This document shows, one piece after another, positions 10,035 to 18,288 of a stretch of DNA of 24,000 nt. Where the stretch lies: NCBI RefSeq assembly GCF_001458775.1, contig NZ_CZPZ01000032.1, positions 145,510 to 169,509 of the forward strand, given 5' to 3'. The DNA comes from Candidatus Nitrospira nitrificans (lineage in GTDB: Bacteria; Nitrospirota; Nitrospiria; Nitrospirales; Nitrospiraceae). The stretch's first letter is position 1, and every line of letters begins with the position of its first letter. The notes under the pieces were generated by a model. It ran no database searches and was not told the DNA's origin. It worked only from the letters and a program-made list of their open reading frames with translations. A program made the position numbers and the translations under genes.

Positions 10035-10628
10035 ATGCCAAAGTTGGGGACATTAGCGGCTGGGGCAGTTCTTGGAATAGGGCTCATTACCGTCGTGTTT
10101 GGCGGTGAGGCCGCCATCTCAAGGACTGAGTTCTGCATCAGTTGTCATTCGGAGATCTATCCCTATGAGGAGCTGAAAAAATCTTCACACTGGGGTGCCC
10201 TTGGTATGGACCCTGGCTGTAAAGATTGCCATGTGCCTCAGGGATTATCGAACTTTCACAAAGCGGTCTGGACTCACGTGGTGGATGGTGTGCCGTTCCT
10301 CATAAAGGAGTTCACGACGGACTACTCAACCATTGAAAAGTTCAATGAGCATCGGCCGGAAGCAGCGTTTCGTGCTCGAATGAAGCTCAAGGAATGGGAC
10401 AGTCTCACCTGTAGGGCTTGTCACAAGAATACTAAGCCGCCGGGAGCTTCAGCCAAAGCGGCCCATGCCAAGATGCAAAGCGAAGGGGCGACTTGCATCG
10501 ATTGCCACCAGAACCTTGTGCATAAAAAGGTCCCTGAGCATGACCTCAATGCCAGCCTTGCGCAAGGGAAGGCCGTAATCAAGGAAGTGAAGAAGAAGGC
10601 CGACGACGATGAGGATGAAAAGGACTAG
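10035..10628 (+). CDS. cycB: Membrane-anchored tetraheme quinone-reducing cytochrome cM552 (NapC/NirT family)
   Basis: 197 aa with an N-terminal TM helix immediately followed by CISCH, then CKDCH, CRACH and CIDCH. This spacing is typical of NapC/NirT. The ATG lies 2 nt after the cycA stop. Confidence 0.88.
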   Translation: MPKLGTLAAGAVLGIGLITVVFGGEAAISRTEFCISCHSEIYPYEELKKSSHWGALGMDPGCKDCHVPQGLSNFHKAVWTHVVDGVPFLIKEFTTDYSTIEKFNEHRPEAAFRARMKLKEWDSLTCRACHKNTKPPGASAKAAHAKMQSEGATCIDCHQNLVHKKVPEHDLNASLAQGKAVIKEVKKKADDDEDEKD

Positions 10629-10660
10629 CCGTCGTCAGAAATTCTTCGGATGCTGTTAAC

Positions 10661-10699
10661 AGCAGGGCCGTACTCCACAATGTGAGGTACGGCCCTGCT
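10661..10699. terminator. Strong hairpin between the convergent cycB and MOSC genes (possible bidirectional terminator)
   Basis: A perfect 13-bp inverted repeat, AGCAGGGCCGTAC (10661-10673) and GTACGGCCCTGCT (10687-10699), with a 13-nt loop. There is no clear U-tract on either strand, so function is uncertain. A 14-nt palindrome TGCTGTTAACAGCA abuts it. Confidence 0.55.
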
Positions 10700-10741
10700 C
10701 AACTCGCCTAAGTGTTTTATCTTCGGCTCAGTTCTAATCTA

Positions 10742-11488
10742 TTAGCTCTTACTCGTGTGAGGTCCCGCCAGTCTTGAGGAGGTATTCTCCGCCTCTCCTG
10801 TAGCAGCCCGTCGTTTGAGTTTTGTCCGCCATCTCAACGAAAGATCCGTGCAATCTGCCAATTGGCTGGCTGCCTCTCTATCGTGTGGGCGATGGTGCAT
10901 CACGGTATTTGCGAGAGACACCGTCCAGTCGGGGCAGTGGCGTTCAACTAATACCAGGTCGTTCCCGACCTGCACATGGCCTTCACGAAGGACTCTGAAA
11001 TACCAGCCGGTACGTCCGGTATTTTGGACACGAACCGCAAGATCCTTGACTCGCCATCGACGAGCCAGCTTCCAGCAGGGCTGTCGCGGTTGCGAGATCT
11101 GGACAAGGGCGTCACCAATCATAAATACATCTCCGATGCACACATCGCTCTCCAGCAACCCTGTAGTCGTAAAATTTTCCCCGAATGCTCCTGGGTGGAG
11201 ATCCGGTACCGGTAATGTCTCCAACCAATAGGGGTAGTGCTCTCCCGGGTAGACATTGACGGCCTTTTCAGGTCCCCCGTGGTTGTCTAGATCTGCTTGG
11301 CCATCACCAGCCAAGTTGACTGTGCCAAGCCACAGTGATTCGGACGTTGGCTGTTTAAAGAAACCGGTCGTCCAAACCTCATCAAAGGGGTCTGGTGATC
11401 CGCTGTTCCCCAGGGTCCGTGGTTGCCCGACTTGCAAAGAGATGATTGTTGCAGCCACCGGTTTTCTCAAGAAAGGTCCTTTACTCAT
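10742..11488 (-). CDS. yiiM: MOSC-domain protein, YiiM-like (molybdenum-cofactor-dependent reductase of N-hydroxylated compounds)
   Basis: It is collinear with E. coli YiiM as I recall it: GGPEKAVNVYPGEHYPYW vs GGPDRALCHYPREHYLYW; GAFGENFTTTGL vs PAFGENLSTDGL; ALVQISQPRQPCWKL vs ALIQVSQPRSPCYKL (the conserved Cys); QNTGRTGWYFRVL vs QNTGKVGWLYSVI. The ORF track starts at GTG 11533. I prefer ATG 11488 (MSKGPF...) by length comparison. Confidence 0.85.
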   Translation of the reverse strand: MSKGPFLRKPVAATIISLQVGQPRTLGNSGSPDPFDEVWTTGFFKQPTSESLWLGTVNLAGDGQADLDNHGGPEKAVNVYPGEHYPYWLETLPVPDLHPGAFGENFTTTGLLESDVCIGDVFMIGDALVQISQPRQPCWKLARRWRVKDLAVRVQNTGRTGWYFRVLREGHVQVGNDLVLVERHCPDWTVSLANTVMHHRPHDREAASQLADCTDLSLRWRTKLKRRAATGEAENTSSRLAGPHTSKS

Positions 11489-11659
11489 ACTCAGCGATCC
11501 ACGTTGACCATTTGGGTGATTCACACGAAACACTGTGTGCCTGTGATGGCCGAAACAGATGCCGATGATTCTTGCTGATCAGTCGCGATGCGAGCCAAGT
11601 TGAGGGGTGTATGTACCCATAGGAAATGGGCAGTATTAAGGAGTGCATGCGCATCAGTG

Positions 11660-12493
11660 TTAGGAGATCCCCGTTCGATTCAAGACCGCGCTCGACCGGT
11701 ACCAGGCGTGGAGACGTTTGACCCCACGCAACGTCGGCCCTGCTCCTCCAATGGCAACCGCATCGACCAGGCAATACCAAGCGCTGGCGCCGCTGGGCGG
11801 ATTACCTTGTGGCCATCCCAGGAGTGGGTCTATAGCTGCCCAGTGCCACGCGCCGACCGTTGTACCGATCAATTCCAGCCACGTCGTAATGAAAAATGCA
11901 GCGAGGTAGACCATCGGTGAGCGGCCTGTCACCAGCCAGATTAAGAATATGCAAAACAGCAACGCACCGACCGCATCTCCACGCTCAGCATACCCGGTGA
12001 CGCCCCAGATGGCCCAAGTGCCCCAGACGCCTATGACAAATAGCGCAATTAGTCTGGGATGGCGTACAAAGAGGCCAGATCGTGCCAAGGCGACTGCAGT
12101 CAAGTAGACCATGCCATGGCCTGGTGGGACGTAAGCCGGTACATTCTCGAATCGATAGGTGTAGCCTCCCATATAGATGGAGGCGAAATGCTCTCCCACT
12201 GTTGCAAAGATGACCGCAATCAGGACCTGCACCCGTGTTTCCCGATTTTCGCCGAGCAATAAGGTCCCGAGAAAGACCCAGGCCAAGGCTCCTAACGCCT
12301 GTTGTCGCTCGATACTGGCACTGATTTCAAACAAAGAACTCACGGCAACGCTCAGGAATGTAAACGCAGCAATAGCATAATCGCGCATTCGATGCGTGCT
12401 GGCTGCATTGCTGTTCGGAAAATGTCGGAGGGCAGTCTGGGTGACTCTAACGAGCCAGGGCCAGCGAGCAGAAGTGCTTGTCGGAGCTTCCAT
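11660..12493 (-). CDS. Hypothetical polytopic membrane protein (about 7-8 predicted TM helices), family not recognised
   Basis: A 277-aa ORF with repeated hydrophobic spans of about 20 aa (AIAAFTFLSVAVSSLF, ALAWVFLGTLLL, VQVLIAVIFATV, MVYLTAVALA, LIALFVIGVWGTWAIWGV, ALLFCIFLIWLV, VYLAAFFITTWLELIG). There is no convincing SD, so the start is uncertain (ATG 12493 or 12388). Confidence 0.6.
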   Translation of the reverse strand: MEAPTSTSARWPWLVRVTQTALRHFPNSNAASTHRMRDYAIAAFTFLSVAVSSLFEISASIERQQALGALAWVFLGTLLLGENRETRVQVLIAVIFATVGEHFASIYMGGYTYRFENVPAYVPPGHGMVYLTAVALARSGLFVRHPRLIALFVIGVWGTWAIWGVTGYAERGDAVGALLFCIFLIWLVTGRSPMVYLAAFFITTWLELIGTTVGAWHWAAIDPLLGWPQGNPPSGASAWYCLVDAVAIGGAGPTLRGVKRLHAWYRSSAVLNRTGIS

Positions 12494-12801
12494 ACATCAA
12501 ACGTAATTGAGAGCAAAATAGTTTCGGCAGGCGTTCAGTATTACACCCACGATCGTTCAATCTGCAGTACCACACACCGTTGGAATCATACAGGACCCCT
12601 GCGGAACGGGCAAGCTCAAACCAGGTCATGAATCGCTTCTTGCCGGTTTCCTGACATCTGTTATCGCGCCGTTAACTCATACATCGTGGGATGTGCGGAT
12701 GTAAGACACTCTCGTTGGATAAAGAAGTGAACATGTCAACGAGAAAATGAGGGATATAAAATATAAATGGGGGAGAATTGAGCGAGAAGGGGAACAAAGA
12801 A

Positions 12802-12849
12802 AAACGCCGGTTCGTCATTCCATCATACGATGGGGACGAACCGGCGTTT
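12802..12849 (-). terminator. Rho-independent terminator of amoCAB
   Basis: 18 nt after the amoB stop there is a 15-bp perfect stem, GACGAACCGGCGTTT (12835-12849) and AAACGCCGGTTCGTC (12802-12816). On the - strand transcript it is followed directly by UUUUUCUUUGUU. Confidence 0.8.
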
Positions 12850-12867
12850 CATTAAACCAGGACTACC

Positions 12868-14127
12868 TTATGCTCCCAGCCGTGTGAAGACCGGAAGGAC
12901 TGGAGCCCAGACCGGATTGATGAGTCGCTCACCAGAATCCGTCCAAGACATCAGTAATCCTGCGAAGCGCTGATCCGGATCGTGGAGAATGTCCACCAAC
13001 CGTTGCACTTCCCAGAGGACATCCTTCGACTCGATATGGATATCAACTGTTTGGCCAGGCTGGATCGCAGCCTCGTTATCCATCGTCAGACCAGCCGCTG
13101 CGACCAGTTCGGCCGGATAGTTTGGATCAACCTTGGCTGCGCCAAACTTGTTGGTAAACCTGATGCCTGCTGTGGTGAACTCGCCGATGGTTACCGGTTG
13201 TGTGCCGTTATTGGTCGCATGAATGGTCATGCGCAATGCGCGGCCCGGAACATCGTACTCTGCATGGGTCACCTCAACCACCATTGGATTAGGCTTGATT
13301 GGCATAGGCTTGATCTTCGCCTCACCAGCCTGAAGAGGGACGCTGATCGGGTGCCGTGCTTCTGCAGCCATGTACCCGACGACCACAACAACCAATGTGA
13401 GGACCAACACCGCAACTCCAACTTTGCGATCGATGGGGTCAAGCAGGATCTCGTCCCCATAGGCCGCAAGGACTCGAGCGCGAATGAGGTACATGGGTCT
13501 GATGGCAAAGAACCCGACCCAGAAGATGCCAAGGGCGATCCACCAGATATGCCACATAATTCCGGTGGCGCTCCCCATTGTCTCCGAGTCGAATGTTTCA
13601 CCAGTCAGTGTTTTGATCGGATTGGTGAAATCCGCATAGTTACCCGTGATGTCCATCCAACCGCCTGGTCCCGCGATTGGACCGGCTTCCTTGACGGCAA
13701 ACATGGGGTGGATGTGATGGTGGCCAGGGAGTCTGGCCTTCAGTGTGACCACATACTCATAGTCACGACCGATTTCCATTGGCCCAGAGACGAACATCGG
13801 CGTTCCATTTACCTTCGAGCTCAGACGCACGAAGACGGAACTAGGGGATCCGACATTGATGAAGGTACGGGTGGGTTTCACCACCGCACGAGGCCAATCC
13901 TCGGACAAATGGAACTTGCCCTTCAGCTCTGTCACATCGTTAATTTTGGTCGACTTTCCAACCCATTCGGTATCATACCAATTCACAGTACGCATCCGCA
14001 GGAACGGCTCCTGCGATCGCTCTCCGTGAGCGAATGCGGGGGTAATATCGAGAGCCGGCGTGACCGCCAGTGTCGCCACCCCGCAGAGTCGAATCATCCA
14101 CAGTTTGAAGACGTGTTTGGCATTCAT
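12868..14127 (-). CDS. amoB: Ammonia monooxygenase subunit B
   Basis: 419 aa. The signal peptide ends AFA|[14 protein letters not shown], giving the N-terminal His copper ligand. It has the HxH copper motif ([11 protein letters not shown]), two mid-protein TM helices and two cupredoxin-like halves. The start overlaps the amoA stop as ATGA. Confidence 0.95.
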   Translation of the reverse strand: MNAKHVFKLWMIRLCGVATLAVTPALDITPAFAHGERSQEPFLRMRTVNWYDTEWVGKSTKINDVTELKGKFHLSEDWPRAVVKPTRTFINVGSPSSVFVRLSSKVNGTPMFVSGPMEIGRDYEYVVTLKARLPGHHHIHPMFAVKEAGPIAGPGGWMDITGNYADFTNPIKTLTGETFDSETMGSATGIMWHIWWIALGIFWVGFFAIRPMYLIRARVLAAYGDEILLDPIDRKVGVAVLVLTLVVVVVGYMAAEARHPISVPLQAGEAKIKPMPIKPNPMVVEVTHAEYDVPGRALRMTIHATNNGTQPVTIGEFTTAGIRFTNKFGAAKVDPNYPAELVAAAGLTMDNEAAIQPGQTVDIHIESKDVLWEVQRLVDILHDPDQRFAGLLMSWTDSGERLINPVWAPVLPVFTRLGA

Positions 14128-14972
14128 GCTTTTCCCCCAGAAAGTTTAGCTTTGTCGCCTTGTGGCCCCAAGGTGGCATATGCAAATACATCGTACACCT
14201 TCGTGGTCCGCTGTCTGTCGTCAGTGATGTAAAAGTACGACGTGCAGAAGAATTTTCCGAACTGCCACCACACGATGTACGTCAAGGAAGACGCGAACGC
14301 AGAGAAGAACGCGGAGATCATGGTGCTGTGACCACCGAACGTGCGCAGCGACCCTACTTCGATCATCCGGATGTACTCAGGAGTTCCGGTACGAACATAC
14401 ATGAAGCCCATGTAGTCCGCCCATGAGAGCAATGCGCCATCGACAACGAGAGGCGTATGGCTATAGGCAAATATAGGCCAGTTGCTCGGATAGAACAGTG
14501 CCGCGAACATCCACGCTCCGATCACCGCCGTCAGCGTCCAGTTCCTTGTCAACAACAGCACGATGTCGAGAACCAAGGCACCGGGGATCGCTGTAGCCGG
14601 CATGACGAAGTTGGGTGGATAATTGGACCACCACCACCACGAAGTGTAGACGGCAATCCATTTGCCGGCGCCAAGCGCCAGAATGCAGAGCGTTGCGCCG
14701 AACGGCTGTCGGTAGTTCACCCAGTTATAGTACTGGAGAGCGGCGCAGAAAGTGATCAAGGTAACCGGCGTCACGATCGGCCACCACTGACGGTCTTTCC
14801 AATCGAGCCAGAAATCCCAGTCTCCACACAGCAGCGCTGTGTGCATATGGAAGGTTCCGACGATAGTAACGAACAAAATGGGAATGAAATAGATATAGTC
14901 AATCTTCCTAGACATGGCCACCCCTTCAGGGGGTAACTTCGCGGCCTTGATAATCTCATCGGTTCTAAACAT
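14124..14972 (-). CDS. amoA: Ammonia monooxygenase subunit A
   Basis: It is collinear over its full length with Nitrosomonas AmoA blocks ([66 protein letters not shown]). The ORF track starts at ATG 14981, but GGAGG (complement of 14982-14986) abuts that codon and sits 9 nt from ATG 14972 (MFRTDE...), which I prefer. Confidence 0.96.
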   Translation of the reverse strand: MFRTDEIIKAAKLPPEGVAMSRKIDYIYFIPILFVTIVGTFHMHTALLCGDWDFWLDWKDRQWWPIVTPVTLITFCAALQYYNWVNYRQPFGATLCILALGAGKWIAVYTSWWWWSNYPPNFVMPATAIPGALVLDIVLLLTRNWTLTAVIGAWMFAALFYPSNWPIFAYSHTPLVVDGALLSWADYMGFMYVRTGTPEYIRMIEVGSLRTFGGHSTMISAFFSAFASSLTYIVWWQFGKFFCTSYFYITDDRQRTTKVYDVFAYATLGPQGDKAKLSGGKA

Positions 14973-15003
14973 AACTGACATCCTCCGTCATTTCGGTCGA
15001 CCG

Positions 15004-15045
15004 TGGCCAACCAGACGCTCCGCTCCATGGAGCGCCTGGCCAACC
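15004..15045 (-). repeat. Structured element in the amoC-amoA spacer: a 9-nt direct repeat flanking a 14-nt palindrome
   Basis: TGGCCAACC occurs at 15004-15012 and again at 15037-15045. Between them lies the perfect palindrome CGCTCCATGGAGCG (15021-15034), preceded by a tandem CGCTC. Confidence 0.35.
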
Positions 15046-15095
15046 GCAGATGCCGACCTATGGTTCATATGAATCTGTGCTCAGCCCATTACCCC

Positions 15096-15914
15096 TTAGT
15101 ATCCGGCTTTGGCGTTGGGGTTCACCTGGCTGGGGAACGGATCCAGAATCGTCTTCGGCGCGTTGTTCCAGATCACGTCCGCCAGATTCGACATCCGGCT
15201 CACGATCTGCGCCGCGACCCCGCCCGCCGCCCCGAACAACCCGCACCAGCCCAACGTCACGAAGCCCCAGTGCAACGGCGCCGCAAACAGCTCATCCACA
15301 AACCAGAACGCATGGCCCCACTCGTTCAACCCCACGTTCGGTAGAATGAACATCGGCCCCACCACCGCCGCCACCAACGGGAACGACGTCGCTTGGCTGT
15401 ACAGCGGCAACCGCGTCTGCGCATACAGATAGCTCGACACACCGCACGTGATGTACAACGGGAACGTCCCGTAGAACGCCACAATGTGGCTCGCCGTGAA
15501 GCTCGTGTCCCGGATGATCACTTGGTGCCACGCCGCATCCTGCTCCAACGTGTAGCTGCCCGCGTAGTACACGCCCCAGATGTAGCACACCAACCACCCC
15601 ATCCAGTAAAAGTACCGCTTCAGTTCGAGCTTCGGGTCCAGGTTCGTCAGGTTCCGGTCCCGCGTCACCCAGATCCAGCCGATCGACACGGCAAAGAACG
15701 CGGCGTTCGCCAGGATGTTGAACCGCCACAACCCCATCCACACCGAGTCGAACTCCGGCGTCATGGAGTCCAGCCCGTGCGAGTACCCAAACGTCCGCTG
15801 GTACAGCACCCAAAACACGCCGATCCCCAGCATCGCCAACCAGCCGATCTTCACCGGCTTCGAATCGTACCACTGCGAGATGTCATACCCTCGCCCCGAA
15901 CTGTCTGCAGCCAT
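15096..15914 (-). CDS. amoC: Ammonia monooxygenase subunit C
   Basis: 272 aa, collinear with Nitrosomonas AmoC ([80 protein letters not shown]). AAGGAGG lies 8 nt upstream of the ATG. Confidence 0.96.
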   Translation of the reverse strand: MAADSSGRGYDISQWYDSKPVKIGWLAMLGIGVFWVLYQRTFGYSHGLDSMTPEFDSVWMGLWRFNILANAAFFAVSIGWIWVTRDRNLTNLDPKLELKRYFYWMGWLVCYIWGVYYAGSYTLEQDAAWHQVIIRDTSFTASHIVAFYGTFPLYITCGVSSYLYAQTRLPLYSQATSFPLVAAVVGPMFILPNVGLNEWGHAFWFVDELFAAPLHWGFVTLGWCGLFGAAGGVAAQIVSRMSNLADVIWNNAPKTILDPFPSQVNPNAKAGY

Positions 15915-16035
15915 ACTCCCTACCTCCTTCTGTTTGGATGAAATAGTGAACCTACGGAATACAACGTTTCAGTGAATGATCCCCCACAACTACGTCTCAT
16001 TTGCTCAAGTGGATGGACCTGTTAAAATGTGAGCA

Positions 16036-16065
16036 AGTATCCGACAAAAATCTGAGATGAGTCAA
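16036..16065 (-). promoter_or_regulatory. Weak candidate promoter for amoCAB
   Basis: On the - strand: TTGACT (complement of 16060-16065), 18 nt, then GATACT (complement of 16036-16041). It lies in the 358-nt AT-rich gap upstream of amoC and would give a leader of about 115 nt. The -10 matches only partially. Confidence 0.3.
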
Positions 16066-16272
16066 GGGAAATATTATGGCTTAGGCTAGCAAACCCCTCA
16101 TATACAGCCTAAATGGCAAGCGTGGTCGGTGCGACCTCACCTATACTCTTGCGGATGATTGAAGTCAAGATCAGCAGGTCTGCACCATGGCGTTTGTCTG
16201 TCCTGCCTGGACACGCGATGTGCAGTTTGTCCAGAAGAATTCTCTCGATGAACTCTATCGCATAGGCATGCT

Positions 16273-18288
16273 TCAGTGGACGTGGTCACCGGGAGGAGGC
16301 AAGATCTCTCGCTCTTGATTGAGCTGGGAGATCTGTTGTGTCAAAAGGCTTATGTCTGTCCAACCCGGTCCGTCTCCTTGCGGAATCCATCGAGCTCGTA
16401 GGTATCCGAATCGGTCGAAGAGAAATTCCATGTGCTTCGGGCGAGTTCCCTCGCCGAACAAGTCAGGAATGGAAAGAGTTCGGCGGAACAGCGCATAGCT
16501 CCGGGAGATTTCTCGTCCACCTTGGGTAACGACGGGGAACGGCATTCCCTGTGAGATTATCGAGGTCAGCTCATCCGGAGAAAGGTCGGTCATGGGAACT
16601 GCCAGGATAGCCGCGCCAGTTGCGGTAATCGTGGTCGAAGCCGTACGGAGTTGATCAAGCCGAGCACGCGACTCCGGCCAAGAGAACAGCACAAGCAGCA
16701 GATCTTGTTTTCCGCGGAAGTCTTTCAATGTGCCGCTTGAGCCATCGTGCGCCGTATACGAAAAGTTTGGGGTAGCCATGAACGGTTGCTCAGGCAGAAT
16801 GCGAGGCGTGATAATCCTCGATTGATATCCTCGGGAGTTGGCGTGGAGAAAGTTAAGGAGATCCCAACGCTCTTCTTCTGAGAATTTCTCACCGAAGGCC
16901 GGCATAACCCCGTTGAATCGTCCGTAGGTCAGCCAATGGAAGAAGTCACCGGCCGTGTGCATGGCGGTATGCGGCTCCGTCAGAAGGTCGACTGGTTGTT
17001 TCGGCAATGTCTTGGCCAATATCCCATTCCCTTTAGCCTGTGGGCCATGGCACGGAATGCAATTCGCCGTGAACAGCTCGACGCCATTGGCAATTGAGAT
17101 GGCATCGAATGGAACCGGGGTCTTCCGGTAGGTTTCCGGGTAGGATTGTACGGCGATGGGATAGAGTGTCGCGCTGAGGCCCATGATCCCCAGCAGGGTT
17201 GGAACAGCGATTCGCCATGAGGTCGCCCACTGTTTCTTGCGACCGAGCATGATTGTCGTTCCGCCTATGATCAGGAGCACAAGGCCGGTTAGCACAATGG
17301 CTCTTACCAGCCAGTCGTCCCATGTGGCGTCGATGGAGAAGCGGAACGGGTAGGGCCAGTTATCGATGACGTCATGTTTAGCCGGGACCGCGTTGGCCAG
17401 CAAGGTGGCGACGATGACCAGGAGGATGGCGAGGCCGAACTCGACTGGTATCCATGTCCGAAGTTTTCGACCACCTACGGCTGCTTGCTCGGAGCTTTGC
17501 CGAAGCGCTGGTATCCACTGAGACTTCGCTCGAGAGGCGATAGAAAGAATCACGGCCAGTAACGTGAGCTTCGTGATGAGCAGCCAACCATAGGCAGTCG
17601 CGACTAGTCCGGCGTAATTGGTCTCAAACATGCGATTGGCCACGACAACGCCTGATATGACGATCACGATCATTGTGGCTGGAGCCAATCCCGAGAAACG
17701 AGCCAGCACGTCACCGATACGTGATCTTTCGTCCGTTGAGTCGGTCGTGGTGGAGGCGACAAGGATCACGCCCGGGAGGCCGCCGAACCAGACGCTGGCT
17801 GCGATGAGATGCAGGGCATAGATCGCGGTGGCCAACAGCGCTTGTTCTTCGGCGGCCGAATGGCTAGCGAGAGAACCGAACGTCAGTGTCAGCGCTGCCG
17901 CTGCCGCCCCTACGATGTAGCGCCATTGCGCTGCGGGAGAAAGCTGAATGGACAGAACGACCCCAAGGACAGCAAGGGCACCGGCAGCGCGCAGAGCCCA
18001 GATAAACCCGATACGAGTCTTTTGTAAAAAGTCCAACCAGGCTTGCGGACTCCAGGCATTTTCAGGAGATCCGGTAGCCTGCGCGGTCGTCGTGGCCAAG
18101 AGACCGACTAGGCCGATCAGCAGGAGGGTGGCCAACCAAGGGAACGTCCTTTTCAGACGAGCCGGCCAGGAATGCCCTGATTCGAGGCTCTTCTGTTCGG
18201 CGATTGCTAAGAAGACGCAACCTCCGATCAGCATCATGTTGGACGCTAATTGCAGACAGCGAAACAGCGCACCGGCGGCCTCGATCAT
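16273..18288 (-). CDS. copD: CopD-family copper-resistance/transport membrane protein fused to a class I cytochrome c domain and a Cys-less thioredoxin/redoxin-like domain
   Basis: 671 aa. The N-terminal ~390 aa are polytopic and CopD-like. Next comes ELFTANCIPCHGPQAKGNG...NGVMPAF (a CxxCH plus a distal Met, with CIPCH encoded at 17047-17061). An AhpC/redoxin-like segment follows (LKDFRGKQDLLLVLFSWPES...FLFDRFGYLRARW) with no active-site Cys. The start overlaps the copC stop as ATGA. Confidence 0.85.
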   Translation of the reverse strand: MIEAAGALFRCLQLASNMMLIGGCVFLAIAEQKSLESGHSWPARLKRTFPWLATLLLIGLVGLLATTTAQATGSPENAWSPQAWLDFLQKTRIGFIWALRAAGALAVLGVVLSIQLSPAAQWRYIVGAAAAALTLTFGSLASHSAAEEQALLATAIYALHLIAASVWFGGLPGVILVASTTTDSTDERSRIGDVLARFSGLAPATMIVIVISGVVVANRMFETNYAGLVATAYGWLLITKLTLLAVILSIASRAKSQWIPALRQSSEQAAVGGRKLRTWIPVEFGLAILLVIVATLLANAVPAKHDVIDNWPYPFRFSIDATWDDWLVRAIVLTGLVLLIIGGTTIMLGRKKQWATSWRIAVPTLLGIMGLSATLYPIAVQSYPETYRKTPVPFDAISIANGVELFTANCIPCHGPQAKGNGILAKTLPKQPVDLLTEPHTAMHTAGDFFHWLTYGRFNGVMPAFGEKFSEEERWDLLNFLHANSRGYQSRIITPRILPEQPFMATPNFSYTAHDGSSGTLKDFRGKQDLLLVLFSWPESRARLDQLRTASTTITATGAAILAVPMTDLSPDELTSIISQGMPFPVVTQGGREISRSYALFRRTLSIPDLFGEGTRPKHMEFLFDRFGYLRARWIPQGDGPGWTDISLLTQQISQLNQEREILPPPGDHVH

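Noticed and set aside
12982-14232. 416-aa ORF antisense to amoB. Other long shadow ORFs lie over amoC (15292-15873 -, 15393-15941 +, 15003-15344 +) and over bfr (20839-21348 -).
   Set aside because: They lack family motifs and lie fully within strongly supported genes on the other strand or frame. They arise because G/C-ending codons suppress stop codons.
12868-15914. The alternative reading that this CAB operon encodes a particulate methane (pmoCAB) or short-chain hydrocarbon monooxygenase.
   Set aside because: It is adjacent to hao-haoB-cycA-cycB, which is the ammonia-oxidiser electron-transfer set. The AmoA and AmoC blocks are also closer to Nitrosomonas Amo than to Pmo as I recall them. 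A phylogeny is still needed for proof.
16207-16234. A 7-bp inverted repeat (CTGGACA / TGTCCAG) just downstream of copD as a terminator separating copD from amoC.
   Set aside because: The stem is short, the loop is 14 nt, and no U-tract follows on the - strand. Read-through versus termination cannot be judged.
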